The position numbers were made by a program, and so were the translations under genes. From an uncultured archaeon (lineage in GTDB: Archaea; Thermoproteota; Bathyarchaeia; Bathyarchaeales; Bathycorpusculaceae): a DNA stretch of 48,843 nucleotides. Below are positions 1 to 9,434 of this stretch, one piece after another; the first letter of the stretch is position 1, and the number at the start of each line of letters is the position of its first letter. The notes under the pieces were generated by a model, which did no database searches, was not told the origin of the DNA, and worked only from the letters and a program-made list of their open reading frames with translations. The DNA lies in assembly GCA_963810275.1 (NCBI GenBank), contig CAWENF010000015.1, forward strand, positions 1 through 48,843. The letters are read 5' to 3'.

Positions 1-313
1 ATTGCAACAACAACTTCTACTGCACCGGTTTCACCTGTTGCTTCTCTAACCTTAGCTGTTTATGGAACGGTGGAAATGCAGCTCGAACCATTCTTAGCTA
101 TTATACGTAGATAGACTTATGAAGTAAAAGTAATTGAGTTGCTTCCTGAGTTGGGGGGTCGAGGTTTTAAATCCTCTCATACGCCATAAAAACCGTCTGT
201 TGACAGGTTTACTTTTTAGTTCGCTTATGCTTCCACCATAAGGAAAAAAAGTTGGTTACATCTTCTACTATTTAGGATTGTTTTATTTATCGTAAATTTT
301 TAGGTTGAGCTAT

Positions 314-1783
314 ATGAAAGTTTGTTTAGTTAGTTCTGGTTCAAATGGTTCAAATGTTGAGCATGATTCGTACACTACTGTCAAAGCCATTGCTGCTTTT
401 CCCCCGTTGGGTCTTCTCTACTTGGGTGCTGCGCTTAAAGAAAGAGGCGTTGAAGTCTCAGTTTTAGATCAGGCTGGACAAGGCTTGACAATAGATCAAA
501 CCGTAGAGTGGGTTGTAAACGAACAACCAGACGTTTTAGGCTTCTCTACACTTACAACTTCAGGAACCACTGCTGCGCAGACCAGCGAAAAAGTTAAACA
601 GAAAAGCCCCAACATCAAAACGGTCATGGGTAACCATTACGCCACTTTTAACGCTGAAAGAATACTGAAGCGTTATCCCTCAGTTGATATGGTTATTCGG
701 GGCGAAGGCGAACAAACGTTTAGTCAACTTATCAATAGCATAAGCAAGAATGATGATGTATCTTCTGTAAAAGGTATCACATATAGAAAAAACAACAGTG
801 TTTGCTCTAATGAAGACCAACCCTTAATCAAAGACTTAGAGGAATTGCCTTTTCCAGATAGAAAATTACTTGACGTTGAGTATCACTGCATAATAGGAGG
901 CGCAAATGCCGCACCAAAGAAATTCACAAGCATACTTTCTAGCCGTGGATGCGCTTATTATTGTCGGTTCTGTAGCTGCGCCGGCATAGCCAGAAACAAC
1001 TGGAGGCCCAGATCAGCAGAAAACACTGTGAAAGAGCTTTGTGAACTTTCAAGTGAAGGGTACAAGCAAGTGCTTTTTGTTGATGATAACTTTACGTTTA
1101 ATCCTAAAAGGACACTTGAGATTTGCAAGGGTATACGAAAGGAGAAGTTAGATTTGGAATGGATATGTGAGGGCAGAGTAGATTTCTGTTCAAGAGAGTT
1201 GTGCCAAGAAATGTCAAAGGCCGGCTTAAGAGTACTTTATTTTGGTATCGAGAGCGCAAATCAGCGGATACTAGATTATTATCATAAAACTATAACTCCA
1301 CAACAATCGGAGAATGCTGTCAGAACAGCTAGGAAGGCGGGCGTAGATGTAATCGTTGGCTCATTCATAGTGGGTGCACCCGATGAGACAAGGGCTGAGA
1401 TTCAAAACACAATTAATTTCATTAAGCACTTACCTATTGACATTCCCCAACTAGGTATCCTTGCAGCTCATCCTGGAAACGACATATGGAATGAAATGCA
1501 AGCAAAGGGATTCATAAATGGCGATAATTACTGGGAGAAAGGAGTTGCCGTTTCGCAAATATGTCCAACCGCTGTTCCTGAAGAGGAGGTTAAGGAGATG
1601 ATCAATCAAGCTTTTTTTGATTTTGTTAAACGCCCGAAGTTTTTGATTCAAGAATTTATTAGAACAGTTAACAGTTCCTATCGCAGATCCGTTGTATCAA
1701 GCAATATTAATCGGCTAAGCGAGATAAAAAGAAGGCTTCAAAACGATTTAGCTATAACCAGCGTGACTGAAGGAAGCATTTAA
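314..1783 (+). CDS. Cobalamin-binding (class B) radical SAM protein
   Basis: N-terminal B12-binding-like region (PPLGLLYLGAAL, GEGE), SRGC followed by CxxxCxxC (CAYYCRFC), FVDDNF and GIES motifs. ATG at 314 preferred over TTG at 305. Confidence 0.9.
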   Translation: MKVCLVSSGSNGSNVEHDSYTTVKAIAAFPPLGLLYLGAALKERGVEVSVLDQAGQGLTIDQTVEWVVNEQPDVLGFSTLTTSGTTAAQTSEKVKQKSPNIKTVMGNHYATFNAERILKRYPSVDMVIRGEGEQTFSQLINSISKNDDVSSVKGITYRKNNSVCSNEDQPLIKDLEELPFPDRKLLDVEYHCIIGGANAAPKKFTSILSSRGCAYYCRFCSCAGIARNNWRPRSAENTVKELCELSSEGYKQVLFVDDNFTFNPKRTLEICKGIRKEKLDLEWICEGRVDFCSRELCQEMSKAGLRVLYFGIESANQRILDYYHKTITPQQSENAVRTARKAGVDVIVGSFIVGAPDETRAEIQNTINFIKHLPIDIPQLGILAAHPGNDIWNEMQAKGFINGDNYWEKGVAVSQICPTAVPEEEVKEMINQAFFDFVKRPKFLIQEFIRTVNSSYRRSVVSSNINRLSEIKRRLQNDLAITSVTEGSI

Positions 1784-2047
1784 CGAATGAAGACTTTAAA
1801 GAGCGCTATTATAAAAGATATACCGAGACCTGAGTCAAATGCTTTTCTGGAATTGCATCCAGAAAAGATGCAATTTACTTCTGAGTCTAAGTCTACCTTC
1901 GAAAGTTGACAATCGTTTTCTGAAAGATTTATTAAAAACACACAGCATCAATCTGACTACTGAAAAGGCATTGAGTGGTCAATTAGGTCAAGCACCGAAT
2001 AAAGAAGTATTTGATACAGAGTTCGAAATAGCCTGTCAGTGATGTGT

Positions 2048-2125
2048 GGGCCGGTCGTCTAGCCTGGTTAGGACGTTGGCTTTACGAGCCAAAGGTCGAG
2101 TGTTCGAGTCACTCTCGGCCCACCA
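2048..2125 (+). tRNA. tRNA-Val (anticodon TAC), intronless, CCA encoded
   Basis: Acceptor stem GGGCCGG/TCGGCCC, anticodon arm TTGGC-TTTACGA-GCCAA, T arm GAGTG-TTCGAGT-CACTC, ends ACCA. Confidence 0.97.
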
Positions 2126-2281
2126 GCAATTTACATTCGGAGCTTGAATCGGGCTTATTTTATTTTGCTGACCGTTACAAAAATCTGTAACGCCGTTACA
2201 GTTCGCTATAACGCTTGACCCCGCTGCGGCTTTGCCAGTTACAGCAACGCCTTTTTACATTCAAGCGGTGACGCAACACTA

Positions 2282-2385
2282 TTATTGGTTTTGGGCTACT
2301 TGTGCTGCTGCTGCGACTCCAACCACAGTTAGTGCTAATGCCGCTATAGCAATTATTGCAATTACAATTTTTGTGTCTGTTATTA
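2282..2385 (-). pseudogene. Probable remnant of an exported-protein gene (signal peptide only)
   Basis: DTKIVIAIIAIAALALTVVGVAAAAQVAQNQ is signal-peptide-like but has no adjacent start and is followed at once by TAA TAG. Confidence 0.35.
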
Positions 2386-2558
2386 TTATATAACAATATT
2401 GTACTGTAATGATGGTTTCTTGATAGGTTCTTCTTAAACAAAAATGAAACCATCCATAGATTCCTCGGTATTGATGCAACGAACGATACTTGACGTAGTG
2501 AATATCTTGTGCAAATTTTATAAACAAAGCCGCTCCAATATACTATGAAGGCGTAACC

Positions 2559-2840
2559 GTGCACACAGCTTTTGTTTTAATAAAAAGTGACATCGGTGTT
2601 GAATCGGATGTCCTAAGAGAAATTAGAAAGGTTGAAGGCGTCGAAGAAGCATATGCCCTCTACGGAACCTACGACATTTTGGCGAGAGTCAGCTCGCAGT
2701 CCATGGAGGAACTCAAGCAGATCGTAACTTGGAGAATCCGCAAATTAGACGGTATAACTGCGACGTTGACGTTGATGGCTCAGGAGAAAGTGCATTCATC
2801 AGATAAGACAGCGTTGCCTGCGGTGCCAGTGATGGCTTAA
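2559..2840 (+). CDS. Stand-alone Lrp/AsnC ligand-binding (RAM) domain protein
   Basis: AFVLI...VEEAYALYGTYDILARV...IRKLDGI pattern, no HTH. Confidence 0.88.
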   Translation: MHTAFVLIKSDIGVESDVLREIRKVEGVEEAYALYGTYDILARVSSQSMEELKQIVTWRIRKLDGITATLTLMAQEKVHSSDKTALPAVPVMA

Positions 2841-3217
2841 CCGCCAAACTTGTTCCCCACTTTTAGGGGTTCTTTTTGTTTTAGCAGCAAATTAAGTTTG
2901 TAAATTATTAACATTGAATGAGCTACTGTCGTTTCTTCACCTATTTCAGCAAATATCTTTCCGATAGCTGATTTTCCCAAACCATTAGCCATGCCGTTCA
3001 GTATAGACACCAACCTTTCCAACACCTTTTCCGGGTGGTTCATATCAGACCAGAATGAGCAGCTCGACTAACACAACCATTCTTTAAGGTTTAGGATAGG
3101 TGTAGCTTTGTCGTTAGTTGTAACACGATTGTAATTTTGACATACCGGTTTAGGGCACAAAAACCATGCAAGCGATTACCTTAAAAACTCTAACGAACAC
3201 ATTTATTTGTGATCTAT

Positions 3218-3577
3218 TTGGATCTTATTGGACTTCTAATACAGATAGTGGTTTCCATAATCGTTATTGCACCAGTTCTTTGGCTCGTAGGCAGAGCATT
3301 GGCAGGCAGAGGCAAAGCGAAATTTACCGACGCCATTTGGATCGTCATTTTAGGCGTAGTCATTGGCGCAGTCGTAGGCTGGCTCATCGGCGGCATAATC
3401 GCACCCATAATTATGTTCTTTGTTTGGCTGGGACTCATCAAGCACTTCTTTGACTGTGGATGGCTCAAGGCGTTTGCTATAGCTTTGGTTTCAGTGATTG
3501 TCTTTGCTATCATCATTTTCGTGCTGGCGCTTATTGGAATAGGTATAGGCCTAACCCTTGGCACGCTGGGCTTATAG
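3218..3577 (+). CDS. Small integral membrane protein (about 4 TM)
   Basis: Four hydrophobic segments, KHFFDCGW loop. TTG at 3218 follows a GTGA SD-like motif, and a T-rich tract follows the stop. Confidence 0.8.
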   Translation: MDLIGLLIQIVVSIIVIAPVLWLVGRALAGRGKAKFTDAIWIVILGVVIGAVVGWLIGGIIAPIIMFFVWLGLIKHFFDCGWLKAFAIALVSVIVFAIIIFVLALIGIGIGLTLGTLGL

Positions 3578-3777
3578 CCCCCTACTTCCCTTTTTCTTTA
3601 CGCTTGCCATCGTAGAATAGATCCTAAAAGCTGAGCAGCAAGTTCTTTTCTTTATTATCTCTTTCCATTTTTATTGTATGGTTGTTGTTGGTGTGATACA
3701 GTCACATTGTTTTATAGTTTTCAAAGTTGCATGAATAATTAAAACGCTCATGTGGCGTCAATTTGGAGGTGACTTGA

Positions 3778-3936
3778 ATGTCTAACGATGAATTGAAACG
3801 TACTGCTCCCCGCGTGACCGTGCCGGAACCTGAGGTAACGGCGGACAAAAAATACAAGTGCCCAATTGACCAGCAGGTTTACGATAATAAATCCGATTTT
3901 GAAGCGCACTGCAAAGAAGAACACGACGTGCTCTAG
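3778..3936 (+). CDS. 52-aa protein with a C2H2-like zinc finger (C-x2-D...H-x4-H)
   Basis: GGAGGTGA SD, then MSNDELKRTAPRVTVPEPEVTADKKYKCPIDQQVYDNKSDFEAHCKEEHDVL. Below the ORF-track cutoff. Confidence 0.75.
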   Translation: MSNDELKRTAPRVTVPEPEVTADKKYKCPIDQQVYDNKSDFEAHCKEEHDVL

Positions 3937-3992
3937 AAACGCAAAGAGACTAAAAATTCAAGGAGCGGACGCCGCCTCTACTTCTTTTTTGT

Positions 3993-4154
3993 TTATCTGA
4001 TAGCTTCGTCGATTCGGGAGGTACGTCGTGTTTGGGTGACTTCTTTGAAGAGTTCAATACATTCTTCCTTGGTCGGTGCCTCGATGCCTATGCTGCCATA
4101 GGCGCCGATGTCTATTTTGTATTTTTTTCTATCAGAGTTATCTTCCTGTAACAT
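3993..4154 (-). CDS. 53-aa hypothetical protein
   Basis: AGAGAGGG upstream of ATG. MLQEDNSDRKKYKIDIGAYGSIGIEAPTKEECIELFKEVTQTRRTSRIDEAIR. Converges with the previous gene. Confidence 0.65.
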   Translation of the reverse strand: MLQEDNSDRKKYKIDIGAYGSIGIEAPTKEECIELFKEVTQTRRTSRIDEAIR

Positions 4155-4230
4155 AGTAACCCTCTCTTTCTGTAATCCGTTTTTGGATTATAAAAAGTTC
4201 AACTGTCTAAGTTCAATATAAGCTTAATCC

Positions 4231-4977
4231 TTATTCGTCCACGAATTTTAGGTTCTTCTTAGCATTGAACACCAAAAAAACAGTATAGCGCATGTATCTG
4301 CCCAACCGGGGAACAAGCCCCGCAGCGTCAGTTCCCAACTTACAGGTAAGCGCAAACTCAAAAAAACCCAACTGCTCAACATCAATTACGTCCCTATATA
4401 GCCTTGTCCTCTCCAAAGTAGCGGTAACTAAATCTTTTGAGCAACGCAGAACAATAAGCCTGTCCAGAAGCGACTGCTTCCAACCCTGTAGCCTTTCAAG
4501 CTGTCCCTCAGAGAACTCGGCCTGCAAACCATCCGATTTAGACGTTACTTTAACGGTCACAGGCAAACCTTCACCAAGGCTAAACACCTCCGCGATTTGC
4601 TTAAGCGGCAACTTTTTCCCCCCTGCTAACTGCGCCTGCAAAGACGCCACTGGAACGGAGGCTTGTATGAATTTGGGTTCAAATACACCCACATCCACCA
4701 AAACCCGTTGGTCATCGACTTTGGAGATGTAACCCCGAAACTCTGTGCCTTCCTCCACTGCGTCCAAGGTGCCTGGGCACAAGCCGATTTCTTTTCTGAT
4801 ATAGGCGGTGGCAACTACTTCATCTTCGCCCTCTACCGAAACCTGCACCCAGCGGCTCTGCTGGTTTCCTAAAACCTTGAAATCAACATCTAGCTCTTCA
4901 AACTGTTCCCCAAGCAACTCGCCAATTTGACGTAGTTGGGCGCCGCTATGAGCTTTAGTAAGCAAAGTCAAATTCAA
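4231..4977 (-). CDS. DUF2110-family protein
   Basis: Archaeal-type protein (GEDEVVA, VDVG, KLGTDAAGL) in its usual position after tfe and the HD gene; 4-nt overlap with the HD gene. Confidence 0.75.
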   Translation of the reverse strand: MNLTLLTKAHSGAQLRQIGELLGEQFEELDVDFKVLGNQQSRWVQVSVEGEDEVVATAYIRKEIGLCPGTLDAVEEGTEFRGYISKVDDQRVLVDVGVFEPKFIQASVPVASLQAQLAGGKKLPLKQIAEVFSLGEGLPVTVKVTSKSDGLQAEFSEGQLERLQGWKQSLLDRLIVLRCSKDLVTATLERTRLYRDVIDVEQLGFFEFALTCKLGTDAAGLVPRLGRYMRYTVFLVFNAKKNLKFVDE

Positions 4978-5501
4978 ACCTGTTCACCAAGTAATCCCCT
5001 AATTTCGTCATGGAGGCTTCTAACTCTTTCTGCCGCCTCAACTAAACCTTTTCTTTGCAAGTTCTCAATTTCGTTTTCGATGGGCATTACTTCGCCTTGG
5101 CCGACGCGTTTGTCGGCGTAGCACACGATTTTCTCCTCCAAAGTCTGCGGTTCATACACACCTTCAGGCCAACCCATATCATTTGCTTCTTCTTTGGTGA
5201 TACCTGCGCCGACGTGTCGCTTTATTATGTTGACAACGTTTTGGGGTAAGCCGAGTTCCTGTGCCATTTGCGCTCCTATAAGTGAGTGGTCTGTGCCATG
5301 GCTTTTGGCTCTTCCCAGGTCATGGAGTACTGCGCCCATTTCAACCAACTCCAAATCCACACTGTACCCGCGTTTTTGGAGTTTAGCTGCGATTTGAAGG
5401 GCGAAGTCAGCTACATCTAAACAGTGCTTAATAACTTTAGCTGGGCAGTGGTTTTTCCTTAAAATTGCGGTGGCTTGCTCCCTGCTCAGAAGCCCCTGCA
5501 A
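4974..5501 (-). CDS. HD-domain phosphohydrolase (archaeal TIGR00295-like)
   Basis: H...LHDLGR...H...RHVGAG...EEKIVCYADK motifs. Confidence 0.9.
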   Translation of the reverse strand: MQGLLSREQATAILRKNHCPAKVIKHCLDVADFALQIAAKLQKRGYSVDLELVEMGAVLHDLGRAKSHGTDHSLIGAQMAQELGLPQNVVNIIKRHVGAGITKEEANDMGWPEGVYEPQTLEEKIVCYADKRVGQGEVMPIENEIENLQRKGLVEAAERVRSLHDEIRGLLGEQV

Positions 5502-5504
5502 CGT

Positions 5505-6017
5505 CTACTCGCCCAGTTCCTTGCGCAGGATTTCCACTTTTTCGGAGAGCCGAATAATCATCTCTTCGTTCTGGAAGTGCACAAGGGGTTTGCCACATCC
5601 GCTACAATGGAAGACAAGTTCAACAGCTTCTTCAAAGGGAATGCGTTTGCACTCGTTGCTGCCGCAGTAGTAAAAATCATGGTTTTTTTCGTATTCTAAG
5701 CGGACGTTGAGTTTCTCCAGAACGCGGCGTTTCTGGCTGAGTATGAAGCCTTCTAGTTGGTCGGGTTGGAGTTTCCAGTGGAAAATAAACCAGCCGGTTT
5801 TGGGGTCGCGGGTGCGCCTTAAACTGACCAAGGAATGGTCATAGAGTTTATAGAGGATTTTACGCACGGAGTTTAGGCGTATGCCTGTTTTGTTGGCGAT
5901 TTCATCGTCGGTGATTTCCTCCACGCCTTTGAGGTGCTCAATAAGATTTACCGCGTCCTCGTTGCCTATCGCCATAGCAACTTTAGTTAGGGTTGAATCA
6001 TCAATTGTAGATAACAT
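5505..6017 (-). CDS. tfe: Transcription factor E (TFE alpha)
   Basis: wHTH (TDDEIA...VRKILYKLY...GWFIFHW) plus Zn ribbon (C-x4-C...CSGCG). Start set to MLSTIDD; the longer ORF overlaps trm56. Confidence 0.93.
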   Translation of the reverse strand: MLSTIDDSTLTKVAMAIGNEDAVNLIEHLKGVEEITDDEIANKTGIRLNSVRKILYKLYDHSLVSLRRTRDPKTGWFIFHWKLQPDQLEGFILSQKRRVLEKLNVRLEYEKNHDFYYCGSNECKRIPFEEAVELVFHCSGCGKPLVHFQNEEMIIRLSEKVEILRKELGE

Positions 6018-6093
6018 ACTCTGAGGTTCCTTTTTGGACTGTGACACCCTTAATAATGCTTCATGCTGAAATAAAACTCTTCTTACATAAATA

Positions 6094-6678
6094 CTACGAT
6101 TTGGCATTTCTTTTGACTTCTTTGCCTCGCTCTTTGGGTACAATGGCGATTTTTGCTTTCTCAAAAGATGCCCCTAATTCTTTGCCTTCAAAGAAGCGGT
6201 CAAGAAAAATCGCCAAAGCAGCGCATTCAGAGTGCGGTTGGTTGCCTACTGCCACGTTGAAATCTGAAACCTCATCGGAATAGAACTCGCCAGGCACCTT
6301 CTGGCTTCCAACAAGGAGCATCACGTCTTTGGCCGTGGCTCGTATGCGGTTTACTACGTTGCTCGTTTGGATGTTTTCTCCATAAGCAGTTAGATGCACC
6401 ACTACTCCGCCGTTCTGTTTCCATTCCAGGACGGCTTTTTTCCAAGAGGTGCCCATTTCAAAGTGGAAGTTCCCACCCCATGTTTGCGTGATTTTGTTTA
6501 CGGTTTCTTCGATGTGGCTATCGGTTGTGTCCGCTAAAATGAATCCTGAAGCACACAATGCTCGTGCAGTCAACGCCACATGGGTAGTTAACCGCACGTC
6601 TCGCTGGACGCGGTGTCCCCATCTTAAAATGATGATTTTGGGGCTACTTTTGGGTTGGCTTGAGTTGGAACTGTCCAT
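6094..6678 (-). CDS. trm56: tRNA (cytidine56-2'-O)-methyltransferase
   Basis: LRWGHR..RD.RLTTHVALTARA, HLTAYG, VGSQKVP, NVAVGNQPHSE: archaeal SPOUT aTrm56 motifs. Confidence 0.95.
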   Translation of the reverse strand: MDSSNSSQPKSSPKIIILRWGHRVQRDVRLTTHVALTARALCASGFILADTTDSHIEETVNKITQTWGGNFHFEMGTSWKKAVLEWKQNGGVVVHLTAYGENIQTSNVVNRIRATAKDVMLLVGSQKVPGEFYSDEVSDFNVAVGNQPHSECAALAIFLDRFFEGKELGASFEKAKIAIVPKERGKEVKRNAKS

Positions 6679-7915
6679 TGAGGTCTTTCACTTTCCTTTT
6701 AACCTGCTCCATAACAGTGGGGTTAGCTTCAAAATCTATCTCCACGCTGGTGTTTGTAAACTCTTCGTGCTGAATGTCGGCTTTCTGGTGCATCCACGAA
6801 ATAAACGGCATCACATCACCAGTTATCGGGATACTGAACTGTGCCGCCTGATAGTTCTCCAGTATATGGAGGATGAATTTGCGTAGCTCGTCAAGGTTAG
6901 TCTGGCACTTCGCTGACAGTAGAATGGGGTTTCGGATTTTGTCTTTGAGTGCCTCTATCTTTTGGTCGCGCTCCTCAGGGCAGAGGCGGTCGATTTTGTT
7001 AAGAGCTGTCACCATTGGGATGCCTGAAGCGCCCAACCGCTCAATGGTGTCTGTGCAAACCCCGATTTTCTTCTCAATCACGTTGAGGGGCTCTTTGAAG
7101 TCCACGACGAGCACGATTAAGTCGGAGAATATCGTTTCTTCTAGTGTGGAGTGGAAGGCTTCGATGAGGCTTATGGGGAGACGGTCAATGAAGCCCACTG
7201 TGTCGGTTAATAGGAATCTGCGGTTTGAGAACTCGATAATGCGAGTCTGCGTGGACAACGTCGTGAACAGGGCTTTTTCTACCTTAGCCTGCTCGGCGGT
7301 CAAAGCGTTGAATAGGGTGCTTTTGCCTGCGCTGGTGTAACCAGCAAGCGAGACGGTCAAAAACCCAAGTTCAGTGCGTCGGACACGTTGTAGTACTCGT
7401 TTCTCGCGGGTGCGTCTTAGTTTTTTGCGTATCGTCTGCACTTGGAGTTTGATGGCGTCGCGGTAAACGTCGGCTTCGTATGCGCCCAAACCCATGAAGC
7501 CCGGCTGTTCGGTGCCTTTTGAGAGGCGCACTTTTTCTCGGGCATGTTTAAGCTCGTTTTGCAGGGTGGCAAGCTGGATTTGCATTTGCCCCTCGGTGGT
7601 GGTTGCTCGGCTTCGGAAGATTTCCAAAATCAGTTGAAAGCGGTCGATGACTTCCACGCGAGTGGCTTTTGCCAAGTTGTAGTTCTGAATTGTGCGTAGG
7701 GTGTTGTCGAAGATGACTTTCTCTGCGTTTGCTTCTTTGACCATTTTGGCGAGTTCTTCAACTTTGCCTGCACCTATTTGGTAGCGTGAGTCGGGGCGCC
7801 TTGTCTGCTCCATAACGCCCACCACCGTGTACCCCGCCGACTTGGCTAGGCTTGCCAGTTCCTCTAAGCTGGATTCTTCACGGTTAAGTCTGCGTTGAAC
7901 TAGGATTGCTTTCGT
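6644..7915 (-). CDS. hflX: GTPase HflX (putative ACG start)
   Basis: G1 GYTSAGKS, LFTTL, DTVGF, NKID, and the N-terminal IGAGKVEEL and LEELASLAKSAGY. The frame extends to (T)KAILVQRR at ACG 7915. Confidence 0.93.
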   Translation of the reverse strand, partial: TKAILVQRRLNREESSLEELASLAKSAGYTVVGVMEQTRRPDSRYQIGAGKVEELAKMVKEANAEKVIFDNTLRTIQNYNLAKATRVEVIDRFQLILEIFRSRATTTEGQMQIQLATLQNELKHAREKVRLSKGTEQPGFMGLGAYEADVYRDAIKLQVQTIRKKLRRTREKRVLQRVRRTELGFLTVSLAGYTSAGKSTLFNALTAEQAKVEKALFTTLSTQTRIIEFSNRRFLLTDTVGFIDRLPISLIEAFHSTLEETIFSDLIVLVVDFKEPLNVIEKKIGVCTDTIERLGASGIPMVTALNKIDRLCPEERDQKIEALKDKIRNPILLSAKCQTNLDELRKFILHILENYQAAQFSIPITGDVMPFISWMHQKADIQHEEFTNTSVEIDFEANPTVMEQVKRKVKDLNGQFQLKPTQK

Positions 7916-8442
7916 CTTTTGGGAGCCTCCTCGGCATCTTTACTTAAGTCGATGAGGTCCCCCAGCGTCATGCCTCCAGCCTCAACTTTAGAGGGGGCTG
8001 CAACTGGGACTTTCTCGTCTGAGATTGGTACCATCAGAGTGATTTTCAGGGCATGCTCCAACTTGGTGGCGAGTTGGTTGTTTGGTGAAGCTTTGCCTGT
8101 TTCGATATGCCTAAGAAGTGAAGCTTTTTCATTGATTTTTTTGCCGAGGTCCTCGTGGGAGTAGCCGAGTTTTTCTCGATGACTTCGAATTTTGGCAGCG
8201 TAGTCATCGACGAGTTCAGTGGTGATTTGTACTTGCGCTACAGGCGGTTTCTTCATGATTACAGGGATATGCTGATAGGATTTGGTTGGGCTAGGTGCCG
8301 TGGTTGGTACGGAGGATGCTTCGTCACCGTAGAGTACTCTACCGTGTTTACTGCACTCTATACAAACCGTTAACTTGGCGCCTTCAATCATTGCTTTTAC
8401 AGGTTCAGAATGTATTTTGCGTCCGCAGACTTCACAACGCAT
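7900..8442 (-). CDS. mbf1: Archaeal multiprotein bridging factor 1
   Basis: N-terminal Zn ribbon (CEVCG...CIEC), HTH (REKLGYSHEDLG...IETG) and TLGD motif. Confidence 0.93.
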   Translation of the reverse strand: MRCEVCGRKIHSEPVKAMIEGAKLTVCIECSKHGRVLYGDEASSVPTTAPSPTKSYQHIPVIMKKPPVAQVQITTELVDDYAAKIRSHREKLGYSHEDLGKKINEKASLLRHIETGKASPNNQLATKLEHALKITLMVPISDEKVPVAAPSKVEAGGMTLGDLIDLSKDAEEAPKRRKQS

Positions 8443-8527
8443 AAGTGTTTCAACCTTTAGGTCACTTTTATTATGTTGTACTGTTTATACTTGTCGAACC
8501 AAATAAAAACTATCGGTCTGATACGGC

Positions 8528-8995
8528 ATGGAGAATCCTAAATATCGAGTGCGATGCATCGCTGACTACCAGTTCGGCAAAGGTGTAGGCGCCAAACTTT
8601 TTCCCGAAGGCATAGAAATTCAGTTGTCGCCGCGTACCGGTAGAATTCGATACATCAACTTTGGCGGCGAGCGGTTGGCTACGTTGCGCCCAACTGACGG
8701 GCTGCTGTCACTTAGTATCAAAGCCGCTCAAACCTTGGTAGCTGAGGTTCCTGAAGCGAAATGCTTTGTCACCGTTAAAAACGAAGTGGCTCAGTACATT
8801 GCCCGAGGCGGCGACGTCTTCGCTGTACATGTGGTGGAAGTGGACGATGCGGTACACGCCAAGGACGAAGTCATCGCCATAGATGAAAACCGCCAAGTAT
8901 TGGCAGTAGGACGCACACAGCTATGCAGCTCAGAAATCCGCGCGTTCAAAACAGGCGTAGCCGTCAAGACAAGACACGGTGCAAGCGAAAGTTAA
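8528..8995 (+). CDS. PUA-domain protein (resembles the C-terminal region of archaeal tRNA-guanine transglycosylase)
   Basis: IADYQFG, TGRIR, LATLR..DG, G.DVFA.HV, GVAVKTR. Confidence 0.85.
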   Translation: MENPKYRVRCIADYQFGKGVGAKLFPEGIEIQLSPRTGRIRYINFGGERLATLRPTDGLLSLSIKAAQTLVAEVPEAKCFVTVKNEVAQYIARGGDVFAVHVVEVDDAVHAKDEVIAIDENRQVLAVGRTQLCSSEIRAFKTGVAVKTRHGASES

Positions 8996-9040
8996 GTATA
9001 TCAACTCGAACCGCAAAATAAGAAGGGTAGGCGAAGACTA

Positions 9041-9406
9041 ATGCATAAACGCATGAATCCACGAGAACAGCGGCGCATGATGCAGCGAATGGGCATGAAC
9101 ATGGATACCTTGCCCGATGTGCAGCAAGTAATCATCCGAACCGCGGACAAAGACATTGTAATTGATGAACCCGAAGTGGCTATTTTGGGGGTTCAGGGAC
9201 AGAAAATGTACCAGGTTATAGGCGGACAAGTTAGCGAGCAAGCGCCATCAGCAAGCATAGCGGCCGCGGCGCCAACGAAGCCCACGTTCACGGATGAAGA
9301 TGTGCAACTCGTAGCGGACCAGACAGGTAAAAGCCTCGATCGTGCCCGGGAAGCGTTAAAAGAAGCAGACGGCGACTTAGCCAAAGCGATTCTGCTTCTA
9401 TCCTAA
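9041..9406 (+). CDS. nac: Nascent polypeptide-associated complex protein
   Basis: MNPR..RRMMQRMG, NAC domain, C-terminal UBA (EDVQLVADQ...GDLAKAIL). Confidence 0.95.
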   Translation: MHKRMNPREQRRMMQRMGMNMDTLPDVQQVIIRTADKDIVIDEPEVAILGVQGQKMYQVIGGQVSEQAPSASIAAAAPTKPTFTDEDVQLVADQTGKSLDRAREALKEADGDLAKAILLLS

Positions 9407-9434
9407 ACTTTTCTTACCTTTTTTAGAAAACTGT

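Noticed and set aside
1839-2042. 67-aa ORF before tRNA-Val
   Set aside because: No motifs or SD, and it overlaps the expected tRNA promoter.
2837-3043. 68-aa minus-strand ORF with a faint rubrerythrin-like segment (KIFAEIGEETTVAH)
   Set aside because: The similarity is too short to support a call. Possibly a remnant.
6018-6164. N-terminal extension of TFE in the ORF track
   Set aside because: It overlaps trm56 and intergenic DNA. TFE homology starts at MLSTIDD.
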